The notes beneath the pieces are model-generated. The model did not search any database and was not told the DNA's origin. It saw only the letters and a program-made list of their open reading frames with translations. Below, in pieces: positions 49,520-58,882 of a stretch of 64,000 bases of DNA; the stretch's first letter is position 1, and each line of letters begins with the position of its first letter. The position numbers were made by a program, and so were the translations under genes. The stretch comes from Planctomycetota bacterium. GTDB lineage: Bacteria; Planctomycetota; UBA1135; UBA2386. The stretch covers positions 3,488,001 to 3,552,000 of the forward strand of contig JBKAGP010000001.1 in NCBI GenBank assembly GCA_046290465.1, written 5' to 3'.

Positions 49520-51153
49520 CGCACGCGCGACGGGCCGACGAACTCGCCGCGGCGGCCAGAGACTCGGCGCCAGCGCTCCTGCGGGGCGTCGTGGCTCTCG
49601 CGGCCGCGCAGCATCTGCCGGATCTCCTGCATCATCTCGCGGAGCTCGCGCATCTCGGCGCGCATCTCCTCGATCATCTCGGCGAGTTCCTCGACCTCTT
49701 CCTCGATCTCCTCGCACTCCTCTTCGCACTCCTCGCACTCCTCCTCGTGCTCGGCGTGCGCGTGCCCTTCATGCACGTCGTGCTCACCGTGGACGGCGCG
49801 CTCGACCCACTCGTAGACCGCCTTGTGGTCGCCGTCGCCTTCTTCGAAGACGAACAGGCCGCCGTTCGACGGCTTGTCCTTGCTCTGGACCCAGACGTCG
49901 ACCTGCGGCTGCTCGCCGACGATCGCGTGCGCCTTGGCCTTGGCGGGCTTGCCGTGCTCGTCGTGCACGATGACGTCGAACTCGACCGCGGCGTGGCCCT
50001 TGAAGTCCTTCATCGCCTTGGCGATGTGCTCCTCGATGCCCTCGACGTCGATCTTCGCGTCGCCGTCCCGCTCGAACGTGAAGAAGCGGTTCTCGACCTT
50101 CGCCTTGCCGGCGGCCCCGGTGTCGACGTCGAACGTGAAGAACGCGTTGTTGTCGGCCTTCGCCTTGGCCTTGTTCTTCGCCTTGGCCTTGTTCTTGATC
50201 TTGTTCTTGGCCTTGGCCTTGTTCTTGGCCCGGTCGGGGTCCTGGTGGTACTCGTCGAAGTAGAGGACCTCGGCCTCGACCTCGCTGCCGTCGCCCTTGT
50301 GGACCTGGAAGATCCGGTTGCCGTGCGCCTTGCGGGCACGCTCGTGCACCTTGATCGCCTCCTCGTGCGCGCGCAGCGCATCCGCGTGCGCCTTGACGGC
50401 GGTCTCGGCCGCGCGCCGGGCGTCCTCGGCCGAGCGGTACTGGAGGATCACGCGGCCGTCGCTACCGGTCGCGACCTTGTCGAGGATGCCGCCGGCCTTC
50501 GACACCTTGCCGAGGCGCGCGCGGAGTCGCTCGGCGCGATCGCCGAGGTCGACCTTGCGGACCTTCTTGTTCTTCTTCGGGTCCTGCACGATCGCGGTGT
50601 CGACCTCGACGACGACGTCGCCTTCGACCTCGGCCGGCTTGACCGACAGGAAGCGCGGCCGCTCGACCGACTCGGTCTCGACGACGCGGGCGACGTTGTT
50701 CTTCTTGTCGACGTGCCAACGAACCGACGGCTTGCCCGCCTTGGCCTTGGACTCGACGATCTTGCGGACGACGTCCTCGCGCCGCGCGTCCTCGACGTCG
50801 ACGACGACCGCGACCTCATCGCCCCCGTTGCGGCGCAGGCGCGACACGATCGGGCGCGCGTGCAGCAGCGCGTCCTTCTCGACGTTGACCGAGCCCAGCA
50901 GCTCGATCAGCTCGCGCTTGCACTTGCTGCGCTCGGCGTCCGACAGGTCACCGTCGCTGAGCTTTTCGACGAGCGCGAGCACCAGCGCGTGGCGCCTGGC
51001 ACGGCTCGCCTTGCTCTTGACGGGGTCCTGCTGGGACGGCGACGGCCGGGCCTCGGTGGCCTTGCGTACGATCACTTCATGCTCGTGCTGTGCGGGAACC
51101 AGCGCGCCGCCAAGGCACGCGGCGGCCACGATTCGGATCAGGTTGGGGGTCAT
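49492..51153 (-). CDS. Secreted low-complexity protein with Lys/Ala tract and His/Cys/Glu-rich motif
   Basis: Signal peptide ...ALVPA-Q; start overlaps the end of the M56 region by about 30 nt upstream spacing. Confidence 0.7.
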   Translation of the reverse strand: MTPNLIRIVAAACLGGALVPAQHEHEVIVRKATEARPSPSQQDPVKSKASRARRHALVLALVEKLSDGDLSDAERSKCKRELIELLGSVNVEKDALLHARPIVSRLRRNGGDEVAVVVDVEDARREDVVRKIVESKAKAGKPSVRWHVDKKNNVARVVETESVERPRFLSVKPAEVEGDVVVEVDTAIVQDPKKNKKVRKVDLGDRAERLRARLGKVSKAGGILDKVATGSDGRVILQYRSAEDARRAAETAVKAHADALRAHEEAIKVHERARKAHGNRIFQVHKGDGSEVEAEVLYFDEYHQDPDRAKNKAKAKNKIKNKAKAKNKAKAKADNNAFFTFDVDTGAAGKAKVENRFFTFERDGDAKIDVEGIEEHIAKAMKDFKGHAAVEFDVIVHDEHGKPAKAKAHAIVGEQPQVDVWVQSKDKPSNGGLFVFEEGDGDHKAVYEWVERAVHGEHDVHEGHAHAEHEEECEECEEECEEIEEEVEELAEMIEEMRAEMRELREMMQEIRQMLRGRESHDAPQERWRRVSGRRGEFVGPSRVRYLRERRDR

Positions 51154-51180
51154 GGGTTTCTCCTCGTAACGATCTTCGAA

Positions 51181-52497
51181 CTAACGGTTGAGAGACGAAC
51201 CCCGGCCGAGCCGCGCCCGCAGGCGCGACCGGAGCCGGGTGAGAACGGTGAGGCGCGACTGCAGCAGCTGCTGCAGCTCTGCGGCCTCCGGATCGGGCTG
51301 GATCCGGAGCAGCGCCTGCAGCTGTCGCGCCTCGCGCACGACCGCGGCGTACTCCGTTTCGACCAACGCGACGTACGGCTGAAGCTGCGCTGCCACCGAG
51401 GTTTCGTCGGCGGCGAACGCGGCGACGAACTCGTCGCTGGCGCTGGGCGAGGCGACCGCCTGGCCATCGAGGCCCGGCGCCGCCATCGTCAGCGCGGCCA
51501 GCGACAGCACCGCGACCGAACCGCTGGCGAGGCGACGCGCGGTCGGCGGCTCGGCCGCGCCGAGCGCGGCCTCGACCCGTTCGCGCAGCGCCGACGGGCG
51601 GGCCGCCATGCCGAGCGCCACGGCGGTCGGGGTCGGCTGCGGCCGCAGCCACTCGGCGACCTCGATCAGGCAGCGCGCGACCGCGGTCGGGCTGGTGTGG
51701 TGGGCGGCCTCGGCGTCACAACGCAGCTCGACGACGCGCGACCACTGGCGCCGCACCGCGAGCAGCAGCAGCTGCCACGGGAACAGCGCGTGCACCCAGG
51801 CGGCGATCCACATCCACGCCGGGTCGGCGCGACGCAGGTGCGCGAGTTCGTGGCTGAGCATCGCATGCAGCGAAGCCTCGTCGAGGCTCGCGGCGCGCTC
51901 GGGCAGGCAGACCTCCGGGCGCACGAAGCCGAACGCGATCGGGGTGCACAACCGTTCGGCGCGGCTGATGTGTGGGGAGTGGCGCAGGCCCAGCGACTCG
52001 GCGAGGCGCGCGGCGGCAGCCAGCACCCGCGGGTCGGTCTCGGGACGGCGCGTGGCGAGGATGCGACCCAGGCGCCACCAGGTCCGCCACAGCAGGAACG
52101 CGCCGATCGCGCCGAGCAGCAGCGCGACGCCGACGACGATCGTCGCCCACGGCAGCGGCGCCGCCGGTGCGATCACGGCAGGGTCGGTGGCGGCCGGCGC
52201 TTCGACGACCATGCCGACCAGCGGCACCAGTTCGTCGACGGTCAGCTGCGGCTCGGCCGACAGCAGCGACGTCCACAGGCTGCCGACCAGCGCGAACTGC
52301 AGCGTCGCGCTGACGAACGGCAGCCACATCACCTGCCGCAGCAGCGCATCCTGCAGCGGCAGGCGACGACGGCCGAACAGGCGCGTGACCGTCCAGGTCA
52401 GGGCCAGTGCTACGGTCGAGTGGATCGCGAACGTGCCGAGCCAGGCGGCGACCGGCTCGAGGGTCCGTTCGAGGTCGGCGAGCGAGAGCGCGATCAT
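51181..52497 (-). CDS. BlaR1/MecR1-type M56 family metallopeptidase
   Basis: TM helices, PIAFGFVRPEVCLP, HELAHLRR.D, ELRCD; no penicillin-binding domain. Confidence 0.9.
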   Translation of the reverse strand: MIALSLADLERTLEPVAAWLGTFAIHSTVALALTWTVTRLFGRRRLPLQDALLRQVMWLPFVSATLQFALVGSLWTSLLSAEPQLTVDELVPLVGMVVEAPAATDPAVIAPAAPLPWATIVVGVALLLGAIGAFLLWRTWWRLGRILATRRPETDPRVLAAAARLAESLGLRHSPHISRAERLCTPIAFGFVRPEVCLPERAASLDEASLHAMLSHELAHLRRADPAWMWIAAWVHALFPWQLLLLAVRRQWSRVVELRCDAEAAHHTSPTAVARCLIEVAEWLRPQPTPTAVALGMAARPSALRERVEAALGAAEPPTARRLASGSVAVLSLAALTMAAPGLDGQAVASPSASDEFVAAFAADETSVAAQLQPYVALVETEYAAVVREARQLQALLRIQPDPEAAELQQLLQSRLTVLTRLRSRLRARLGRGSSLNR

Positions 52498-52901
52498 GAC
52501 GGGTCCTCCTGGCGGTCGGCCCCTTCCTGGCGCTGCTCGGCGTCGGACACGGCGCGGCGCAGATCCTCGAGCTCGTCGAGCTCGATGTCGCCGGCGCGCA
52601 GCAGGTGGTTGACGAGTGCCAGCGGATCGCCGTCGAACAGGCGGGTGACGAGGTCGCCGACCAAGTTCTTCTGCACCAGCTCCGGGTCGACCTCGGCGCG
52701 ATAGAGGAAGCTGCGCCCCTGGCCGCGGTGCGACACGAGGCCCTTCTCCTCCATCTTGCGCAGCATCGTCGCGATCGTGGTCAGCGCCAGACCACGGTCG
52801 TGCAACGCCTTGTGCACTTGGGAAACCGGCGCCTCACCGCGCTCCCAGAGGGTGCGCAGGATGGCCAGTTGCAGATCGCCTAGGTTCTTCGGTCCCTGCA
52901 T
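52494..52901 (-). CDS. BlaI/MecI/CopY family transcriptional repressor
   Basis: LQLAILRTLW, TTIATMLRKMEEKGLV, FDGDPLALVNHL; ATGA overlap with M56 gene. Confidence 0.92.
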   Translation of the reverse strand: MQGPKNLGDLQLAILRTLWERGEAPVSQVHKALHDRGLALTTIATMLRKMEEKGLVSHRGQGRSFLYRAEVDPELVQKNLVGDLVTRLFDGDPLALVNHLLRAGDIELDELEDLRRAVSDAEQRQEGADRQEDPS

Positions 52902-52913
52902 GAGCTTCGTCTG

Positions 52914-52948
52914 CTACCACAGTAGTCGGCCACAACTACTCCGGTAGT
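52914..52948. promoter_or_regulatory. Two BlaI/CopY-type operator boxes (TAC-N4-GTA)
   Basis: CTAC-caca-GTAG (52914-52925) and ACTAC-tccg-GTAGT (52935-52948), 22 bp apart, just upstream of the repressor start. Confidence 0.7.
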
Positions 52949-53033
52949 AGAGAAAGCTCCGCGATTTCTCGGCGATCGGGAAAAGTGCGCGGCGGCGCGC
53001 GGCCCCGATCGCGGCAGCGCCGGGCGCAGCGAC

Positions 53034-54083
53034 TCAGCCGCCGAGCGGCGCGACGATCGTCCAGAGCCCCGGGGAGACGCACAAGAAGCTGTTGATCGAC
53101 AGCGGGTCGAACACCACCCATTGGGTGTAGATCGACATGCCGACGTAGCCGGTGGTGCCCGGCAGGTTGATCGGCACCTGCGCCTGGCCGGCGCCCGCGC
53201 CGCCACCGACCGTCATCACGCCGATCGCGTTGACCGGGTTGGTCAGCAGGTCACAGGTCCCGGGCGGCAGCCCGAACAGCGACGTCAGGTCGACCGGGAA
53301 CGGCGCCGTGTTGGTGTCGCCGATGACCCAGAACGCCGTGCGCTGCGACGGCGCGTTGCCGATCCGGTTGACCCACGTGATCGCCGGTGAGGCGATCTGG
53401 TCGGCGGTGTTCTGCGGGATGACGTTGCCCTCGCACGGGCAGCCCGAACCGAACTCGATCATCACGCCCGGCCGCGCGTTGAAGCGCGTGACCATGCCCC
53501 AACCCTGCTGCACGGTGCCGTTGACGGCGCCCGGGTTGTTGTTCGCGTAGACGCGCGAGGTCTGGCCGATCAGCTGCGTGGTGCCGGCGTTGTTGAAGAA
53601 GAAGGTCTGGTTGCCGACGCTGTTGCCGGTGATCCGGATCTCGATCAGGATCGGCCGGAAGCGGTCCCACGTGAACAGGTTGGTGAACGGGATCGTGCAC
53701 GCGACCGAGCCGGTCGGACCGACCGTCAGGCTGACCTGGCCGGGCGGGAACGCCTGCACCGGGGTGCCGTCCCAGTTGTTGTCGAACGTGCCGAACACGC
53801 CCGAGAACTTGCCGTGGCCGATCAGCACCTCGCAGTTGACCGTCACCGGCTGTGGCGCCTGCGCGTTGTTTGAGCCGCACAGGAACTGGACCTGCTGGAT
53901 GCGCATCGGCTCGGTGATCGCCCCGGTCAGCACCGGCGTCGGGTTGTACCACTGCTGGTAGCGGCCAAGGCCCCCGGCGAACGGACGGTCGATGTTCGTC
54001 GGCGAAGCGAGGTTCGGGTGGTCGACGATGACCTGGGCGCTGGCGGTGGCCGCCAGGAGACAGGTGAGCAGGAATGCGCGCAT
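53034..54083 (-). CDS. Secreted protein with shared C-terminal domain
   Basis: Signal peptide MRAFLLTCLLAATASA-Q; RYQQWY domain; C-terminus PGTCDLL...IYTQWVVFDP. Confidence 0.8.
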   Translation of the reverse strand: MRAFLLTCLLAATASAQVIVDHPNLASPTNIDRPFAGGLGRYQQWYNPTPVLTGAITEPMRIQQVQFLCGSNNAQAPQPVTVNCEVLIGHGKFSGVFGTFDNNWDGTPVQAFPPGQVSLTVGPTGSVACTIPFTNLFTWDRFRPILIEIRITGNSVGNQTFFFNNAGTTQLIGQTSRVYANNNPGAVNGTVQQGWGMVTRFNARPGVMIEFGSGCPCEGNVIPQNTADQIASPAITWVNRIGNAPSQRTAFWVIGDTNTAPFPVDLTSLFGLPPGTCDLLTNPVNAIGVMTVGGGAGAGQAQVPINLPGTTGYVGMSIYTQWVVFDPLSINSFLCVSPGLWTIVAPLGG

Positions 54084-54349
54084 ATGGAGAAAGGGGGCCG
54101 AAGGCAGCTCGGCCAGAGGCAGTGTAGCGGATTGCGGCCCGGCGAGGCGCCAGGGGCGCGGGCGAAGAACGCCGTGCGGCCGCTCCGACCAGGGCTAGTC
54201 CGCGACCGGGAACGGGCAACACGCCCCTCGCAAGGACGCCTCCGTGCACGGTGTGGCGCAAGGAGCGGGAGTGTCGCAGTGGGACGCTCCTCCGGAGCGG
54301 ACGAGGCATGGTCGAAAAAGCCGCGACAGGACGAGCGGCCGATCGGACA

Positions 54350-54374
54350 CGAATGCGAACGAGAATCGCATTCG
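54350..54374. promoter_or_regulatory. Putative TetR operator
   Basis: Inverted repeat CGAATGCGA-N7-TCGCATTCG immediately before the TetR start. Confidence 0.6.
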
Positions 54375-54376
54375 CT

Positions 54377-55036
54377 TTGAGTTCGACCCCCGACAGCCCG
54401 TCCGACTTCGCCAAGACGACCTCGCAGGAGCGCAGCGCGGCGACCGCGCAGCGCATCCTGCAGGCCGCGGCGGACATCTTCGAAGCGGGTGGGTTCGACA
54501 CCACGCCGGTCGCCGAGATCGCCCGGCGGGCCGGGGTCTCGGTCGGCGGCCTCTACCGCCGCTACCAGAACAAGGCCGACCTGCAGCGCGCGGTCGCGGA
54601 GGCGCGCATGGTCCGCTTCCGCCGGATCTTCGCCGACGCGCTGCAGCCCGACGAACTCGGGGCGGCCGACGCCGCCGATGTCGTGCGGCGCTACGCCGCG
54701 TGCCTGGTCGACTTCATGAGCGGCCCGGACCGCGGCGTGCTGCGCCGCCTCGCGCTGCTGCTGCGCAGCGACCGCGACCTGCCGGCCAGCCAGACCCTGC
54801 AACAACACAACCGGGCCGTGCACGGCATGTTCGCCGCCGCGCTGATGGCGCGCCGTGACCAATTCGACGTTCCCGACCCGGACACCGCGATCGAGTTCGC
54901 CGACCTCGCGATGAGCGCCGCGGCGCGCGAGTCGCTGCTGCACGACGGCCTCCGCGACCTCCCCGACCACGACGAGATGGTCGACCGCCTGACCGCGCTC
55001 GGCTGCGCCTACCTGCAGATTCCCTACCGACGATGA
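54377..55036 (+). CDS. TetR/AcrR family regulator
   Basis: QERS..T..RILQAA..F...GFD.T.VAEIARRAGVSVGGLY; TTG start inferred. Confidence 0.9.
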   Translation: MSSTPDSPSDFAKTTSQERSAATAQRILQAAADIFEAGGFDTTPVAEIARRAGVSVGGLYRRYQNKADLQRAVAEARMVRFRRIFADALQPDELGAADAADVVRRYAACLVDFMSGPDRGVLRRLALLLRSDRDLPASQTLQQHNRAVHGMFAAALMARRDQFDVPDPDTAIEFADLAMSAAARESLLHDGLRDLPDHDEMVDRLTALGCAYLQIPYRR

Positions 55037-56517
55037 ACACCTCCCGCACCTTCGCCACGTTCCTGCTGCCCGCGATCCTGTTGCTGACGTCCGTCGCCGC
55101 GACCCAGTCCGGCCCCGACCCGCTGGTCGGTCCGTGGCGCGGCACTCTGCTCGTCGGCATCGCCAAGCTCGAGGTCGTGCTGCACATCGAGCGGCAGGAC
55201 GACGGCTACCACGCGACGTTCGACAGCGTCACGCAGGGCGCACGCGGCATCCCGGTCGCGTCGCTCGCGCGCGAGGGCGACACGGTGACGGCCAAGCTGC
55301 CGCGCATCGGCGCGGAGTACGTCGCGACCTTCGTGGCGGCAACCGACGGCGCCGCGGCCCGGCTCGACGGAACGTGGAAGCAGGGCGGACGTTCGCTCGA
55401 CCTCGACCTCGAGCCCGGTGGTGAGAAGCCGCTGAACCGGCCACAGCACCCGACCGGGGAGGTGCCGTACGGCGTCGAGGAGGTGGCGTTCGGACACGAC
55501 CCGAAGCAGCCGCTGGCCGAGTCGTTCGTCGTCGGCCAGGGCGCACCGGTCACGCTGGCCGCGACGCTGACGCTGCCGCGCGGCGACGGGCCGCACCCGG
55601 TCGCGGTGATGATCAGCGGCAGCGGCCCGCAGGACCGCGACGAATCGCTGCTCGGCCACAAGCCGTTCTGGGTGATCGCCGACCACCTGACCCGCAACGG
55701 CGTCGCCGTGCTGCGCTACGACGACCGCGGCACCGCCGGCTCGACCGGCGACTTCGCCGCGGCAACGTCGGCCGACTTCGCCGTCGACGCGCGCGCCGCG
55801 CTGCGCTACCTGCGCACGCGCGACGACATCGACCACGCCCGCATGGGCCTGATCGGACACAGCGAAGGCGGCCTGATCGCGCCGATGGTGGCCGCGGGAC
55901 CGGACCGCGACCTGGTCGCGTTCGCGGTGCTGCTGGCTCCCCCCGCGGTCAACATCCGCGACGTCATCACACGACAGAGCGCGCTGATCGGCGCGGCCGA
56001 GGGCGGCGATCCCGACGAGGTGGCACTCGACGCCGAGATGAGCGGTGCCGCGCTCGCCGCGGTCGCTGCCAACCGCGACGACGCGAAGGCGCGCGAAGCC
56101 GCGCTGCAGGCGATCGCCGACGAGTACTGGCCGAAGTTGCCGGAGGAGTCGCGCAAGCAGGTCGGCGGCACGCCCGCCGACCTCGCCAAGATGATGCAGC
56201 GCCTGAACACGCCGTGGATGAACTGGCTCGTGCACCACGACCCGGTGCCGACGCTGAAGGCGATGCGCTGTGAGGTGCTGGCGCTGTTCGGCGGCAAGGA
56301 CCTGCAGGTCGAGCCCGCCCAGAACGTCCCGCCGCTCGAGGCAGCGCTGGCCGGCCGCCAACCGAAGGCCACCATCGTGACCATCGACGGCGTCAACCAC
56401 CTCTTCCAGCACACCGAGACCGGCAAGCCCTCCGAGTACGGCGACCTCGAGGAGACGTTCGCGCCAAAGGCCCTGCAGACCATCCAGCACTGGCTCGATC
56501 GCATCCTGAAGCGCTGA
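55033..56517 (+). CDS. Secreted alpha/beta hydrolase
   Basis: ISGSGPQDRDE, LRYDDRG, GHSEGG nucleophile motif, GGKDLQV, NHLFQ. Confidence 0.9.
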   Translation: MNTSRTFATFLLPAILLLTSVAATQSGPDPLVGPWRGTLLVGIAKLEVVLHIERQDDGYHATFDSVTQGARGIPVASLAREGDTVTAKLPRIGAEYVATFVAATDGAAARLDGTWKQGGRSLDLDLEPGGEKPLNRPQHPTGEVPYGVEEVAFGHDPKQPLAESFVVGQGAPVTLAATLTLPRGDGPHPVAVMISGSGPQDRDESLLGHKPFWVIADHLTRNGVAVLRYDDRGTAGSTGDFAAATSADFAVDARAALRYLRTRDDIDHARMGLIGHSEGGLIAPMVAAGPDRDLVAFAVLLAPPAVNIRDVITRQSALIGAAEGGDPDEVALDAEMSGAALAAVAANRDDAKAREAALQAIADEYWPKLPEESRKQVGGTPADLAKMMQRLNTPWMNWLVHHDPVPTLKAMRCEVLALFGGKDLQVEPAQNVPPLEAALAGRQPKATIVTIDGVNHLFQHTETGKPSEYGDLEETFAPKALQTIQHWLDRILKR

Positions 56518-56598
56518 CACCGCATACCGAACCGGGTTCATCCTGCGCCACTTGTCGCGCACGTGGCGCAGGATGAACCCGGTTCGGTATGCGGTGTC
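56516..56598. repeat. Long inverted repeat between convergent genes (36-bp perfect arms, 11-nt loop)
   Basis: Arms 56516-56551 and 56563-56598; shares the GGTTCATCCT core with the 27122 element. Confidence 0.9.
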
Positions 56599-56600
56599 GG

Positions 56601-58793
56601 TCAGAAGCGGAGGGTGTGGGCGATCTTGAGGTTGACGGCTTGTTCGGTCGGGACGATCGACTCGTCCTCGGTGCGCTGCCAGGTCGAGCCTACGACGAAG
56701 AAGAACTCGCGGCCGGGCTCGTAGATCCAGCGCAGCCGGCTCTGCCAGCCGATCGCGTTCGACTCGTTGTCGTACTGCAGCAGGTTGCGCAAGCTAAGCT
56801 CCGGCGAAAAGAACAGGTCGAGGGTGCTCGCCGCGATGTGCGTGGTGAAGCTGCCGTCCTGCTTCAGGTCGACGTCGGTGGTTCGATACTCCATGCCGAC
56901 CTGCAGCAGCGGCGACGTGCGCCAGTCGACCTCGAGCACCCCGCTCGTGCTGGTGCCGCCGAAGAAGTCGCCGTGCGAGACGCTCGCCTGGCCGCTCACC
57001 GGTCGCCCCTCGCTGCCGCGGAAGCGCAACGTGCTGCGCGTGTTCCAGTAGTCGCCGGCGCGGACCAGGCCGCGCGGCGCCTCGCCGTCCCGTTCGAACA
57101 GTGTGAAGTCGTTGAACACGCGGTCGAACCGACGGTCGACGGTGAGCGTGACGCGATCGTCGTTCTGGAACTGCACCCCGATCTCGTCGAGACGGAAGCC
57201 GACCTCCTGGGGCGCCCCTTCCCACCGCTCCGCGCGGCTGGTGCTGACGGCGAACAGATAGCGACGGATCACGCTGCCCGGTGCAACGCGCGGACGGTAG
57301 CCGACCTGCAGCTCCGACTGGCGGATGCCGCGCCGCGACACGAAGCCGAGCGCCGGCTGGAAGTCGTCCGAGACCCAGCGCGTGCCGGCCTGCGCGGTCC
57401 ACTCCTGCCCGCGCGCCTCGAGGTCCACGCCGAAGCTCTCGCCGTCGTCGTCCAACCCTTCGCCGGTCGAGCCGACCGCGTCAATGTTGATCTGCAGGTC
57501 CATGTCCCCGACGAACTCGGGGATGCGGTGGTAGAAGTCGACGCCGAACACGCTGTTGGCACCGGTGCTCTGGGGATTGCCGTTGGTGCCGATCAGGCCG
57601 ACCGTGGTCTGCTCGCCGAGCGCGTACTTGACCCGCGCGACCGCGAGGTTCTCCTCGTCGGTGGTCTCGGTGCCGTCGACCTGCGTGTCGATCAGGCCCA
57701 CCTCGAACGGTCCGGCCTCGCCCTGCAGCTTCATGCCCCACAGGATCGGCACCGGCGAACCGGAGATCAGGCCGATGCGCCGCGTGAAGTACGGCAAAAA
57801 CCGCGTGCCGCCCGCGAACTGCGAACCGAACGTGTAGTAGCTCTCGCCGTCGAGGAAGAAGTCGCGCTTCTCGGGGAAGAACAGCGGGAAGCGGTTGAGG
57901 TTGATCTGACGACCGTCGTTCTCGGTCTGCGCGAAGTCGGTCAGGATCGTCGTCGCGAACGTCATCGACGGCGACACGCGGTAGTAGATCTCGCCACCGG
58001 CGTCGGGGTCGAAGTCCCAGTCGCTGTCCGCCGCAGAACGGTCGCGCGTGATCCCCGCCGCCAGATACGGAACGACCTCGAGGCCGATGCCGCCGTCGAC
58101 CTCACCGAGCCCGGTCATCGTGCCGAACTCGCTGACGCGGAAGAACGGCACCGACTGGCTCGGGTTGGCCCATTGGTATTCCTCGTTGCGGTCGCGCATG
58201 TAGCGCTTCAAGTTGAAGCCCCACGAGCGCGCGCCCTGCTTGCGCGGAATGCTGCGGAACGGGATCGCCAGCTCCGCAACCCAGCCGTCGTCGGTGCGGC
58301 GCGCCTGCGCCCGCCACAGCGCGTCCCAGGGCTTGTTGAAGCGCGTGCCGTTCGCCGACACGATCGCATCGCCGAGCGATCCGCCGGCACCGATCTGGAA
58401 GAAGTAGGCGGTGCGGCGGTTCTCGAACGGATCGATCAGGATCTCGATGCGGTCGTCGGGGTCGAGCCGCGCGTCGCGGACCCGCTGGCTGTCGCGCACG
58501 GTCGCCGGGTCCTGCTCGCACCAGATGCTCATGTAGAGGTTCTGGCGGTCGTGCAGGAGCTTGATGATGGTCTGCTCCTTCGGTCGGCGGCCGACCCACG
58601 GCTCGACCATCACCAGCTCGCCGATCGCCGGCGCCCCCTTCCAGCAGGCATCGTCGAGCAGGCCGTCGATGCGCGGCGCATGCTCGACCTCGACGCGACC
58701 CACCTGGCAGGTTCGCCGGGTCCCGTCGCCCTGCGAGAGCAGCGCGGACGCGGCGCTGAGCGACAGCAGCAAGCGGGCGAGTGGCAACGACAT
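56601..58793 (-). CDS. CBM9-like plus DUF5916 outer-membrane protein
   Basis: PRIDGLLDD..W, GWVAELAIPF, DFAQTE.D..INLNRF.LFFPEKR.FFL; C-terminal Phe. Confidence 0.85.
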   Translation of the reverse strand: MSLPLARLLLSLSAASALLSQGDGTRRTCQVGRVEVEHAPRIDGLLDDACWKGAPAIGELVMVEPWVGRRPKEQTIIKLLHDRQNLYMSIWCEQDPATVRDSQRVRDARLDPDDRIEILIDPFENRRTAYFFQIGAGGSLGDAIVSANGTRFNKPWDALWRAQARRTDDGWVAELAIPFRSIPRKQGARSWGFNLKRYMRDRNEEYQWANPSQSVPFFRVSEFGTMTGLGEVDGGIGLEVVPYLAAGITRDRSAADSDWDFDPDAGGEIYYRVSPSMTFATTILTDFAQTENDGRQINLNRFPLFFPEKRDFFLDGESYYTFGSQFAGGTRFLPYFTRRIGLISGSPVPILWGMKLQGEAGPFEVGLIDTQVDGTETTDEENLAVARVKYALGEQTTVGLIGTNGNPQSTGANSVFGVDFYHRIPEFVGDMDLQINIDAVGSTGEGLDDDGESFGVDLEARGQEWTAQAGTRWVSDDFQPALGFVSRRGIRQSELQVGYRPRVAPGSVIRRYLFAVSTSRAERWEGAPQEVGFRLDEIGVQFQNDDRVTLTVDRRFDRVFNDFTLFERDGEAPRGLVRAGDYWNTRSTLRFRGSEGRPVSGQASVSHGDFFGGTSTSGVLEVDWRTSPLLQVGMEYRTTDVDLKQDGSFTTHIAASTLDLFFSPELSLRNLLQYDNESNAIGWQSRLRWIYEPGREFFFVVGSTWQRTEDESIVPTEQAVNLKIAHTLRF

Positions 58794-58882
58794 CGGGCCG
58801 AGCACCCTACGGATCCGCGCCCCGTTGGGATGCGCTTTTTTGCACCGCGAACGTCGCGACTCCCCCGGGTTACATTCGCCCA

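Noticed and set aside
5780..52704. Very long alternative ORFs (5780..8881, 11239..14454, 14253..16379, 17953..20580, 25685..29725, 49591..52704 and others)
   Set aside because: Arg/Ala/Gly-rich or antisense translations typical of high-GC DNA; each overlaps a gene with recognisable motifs
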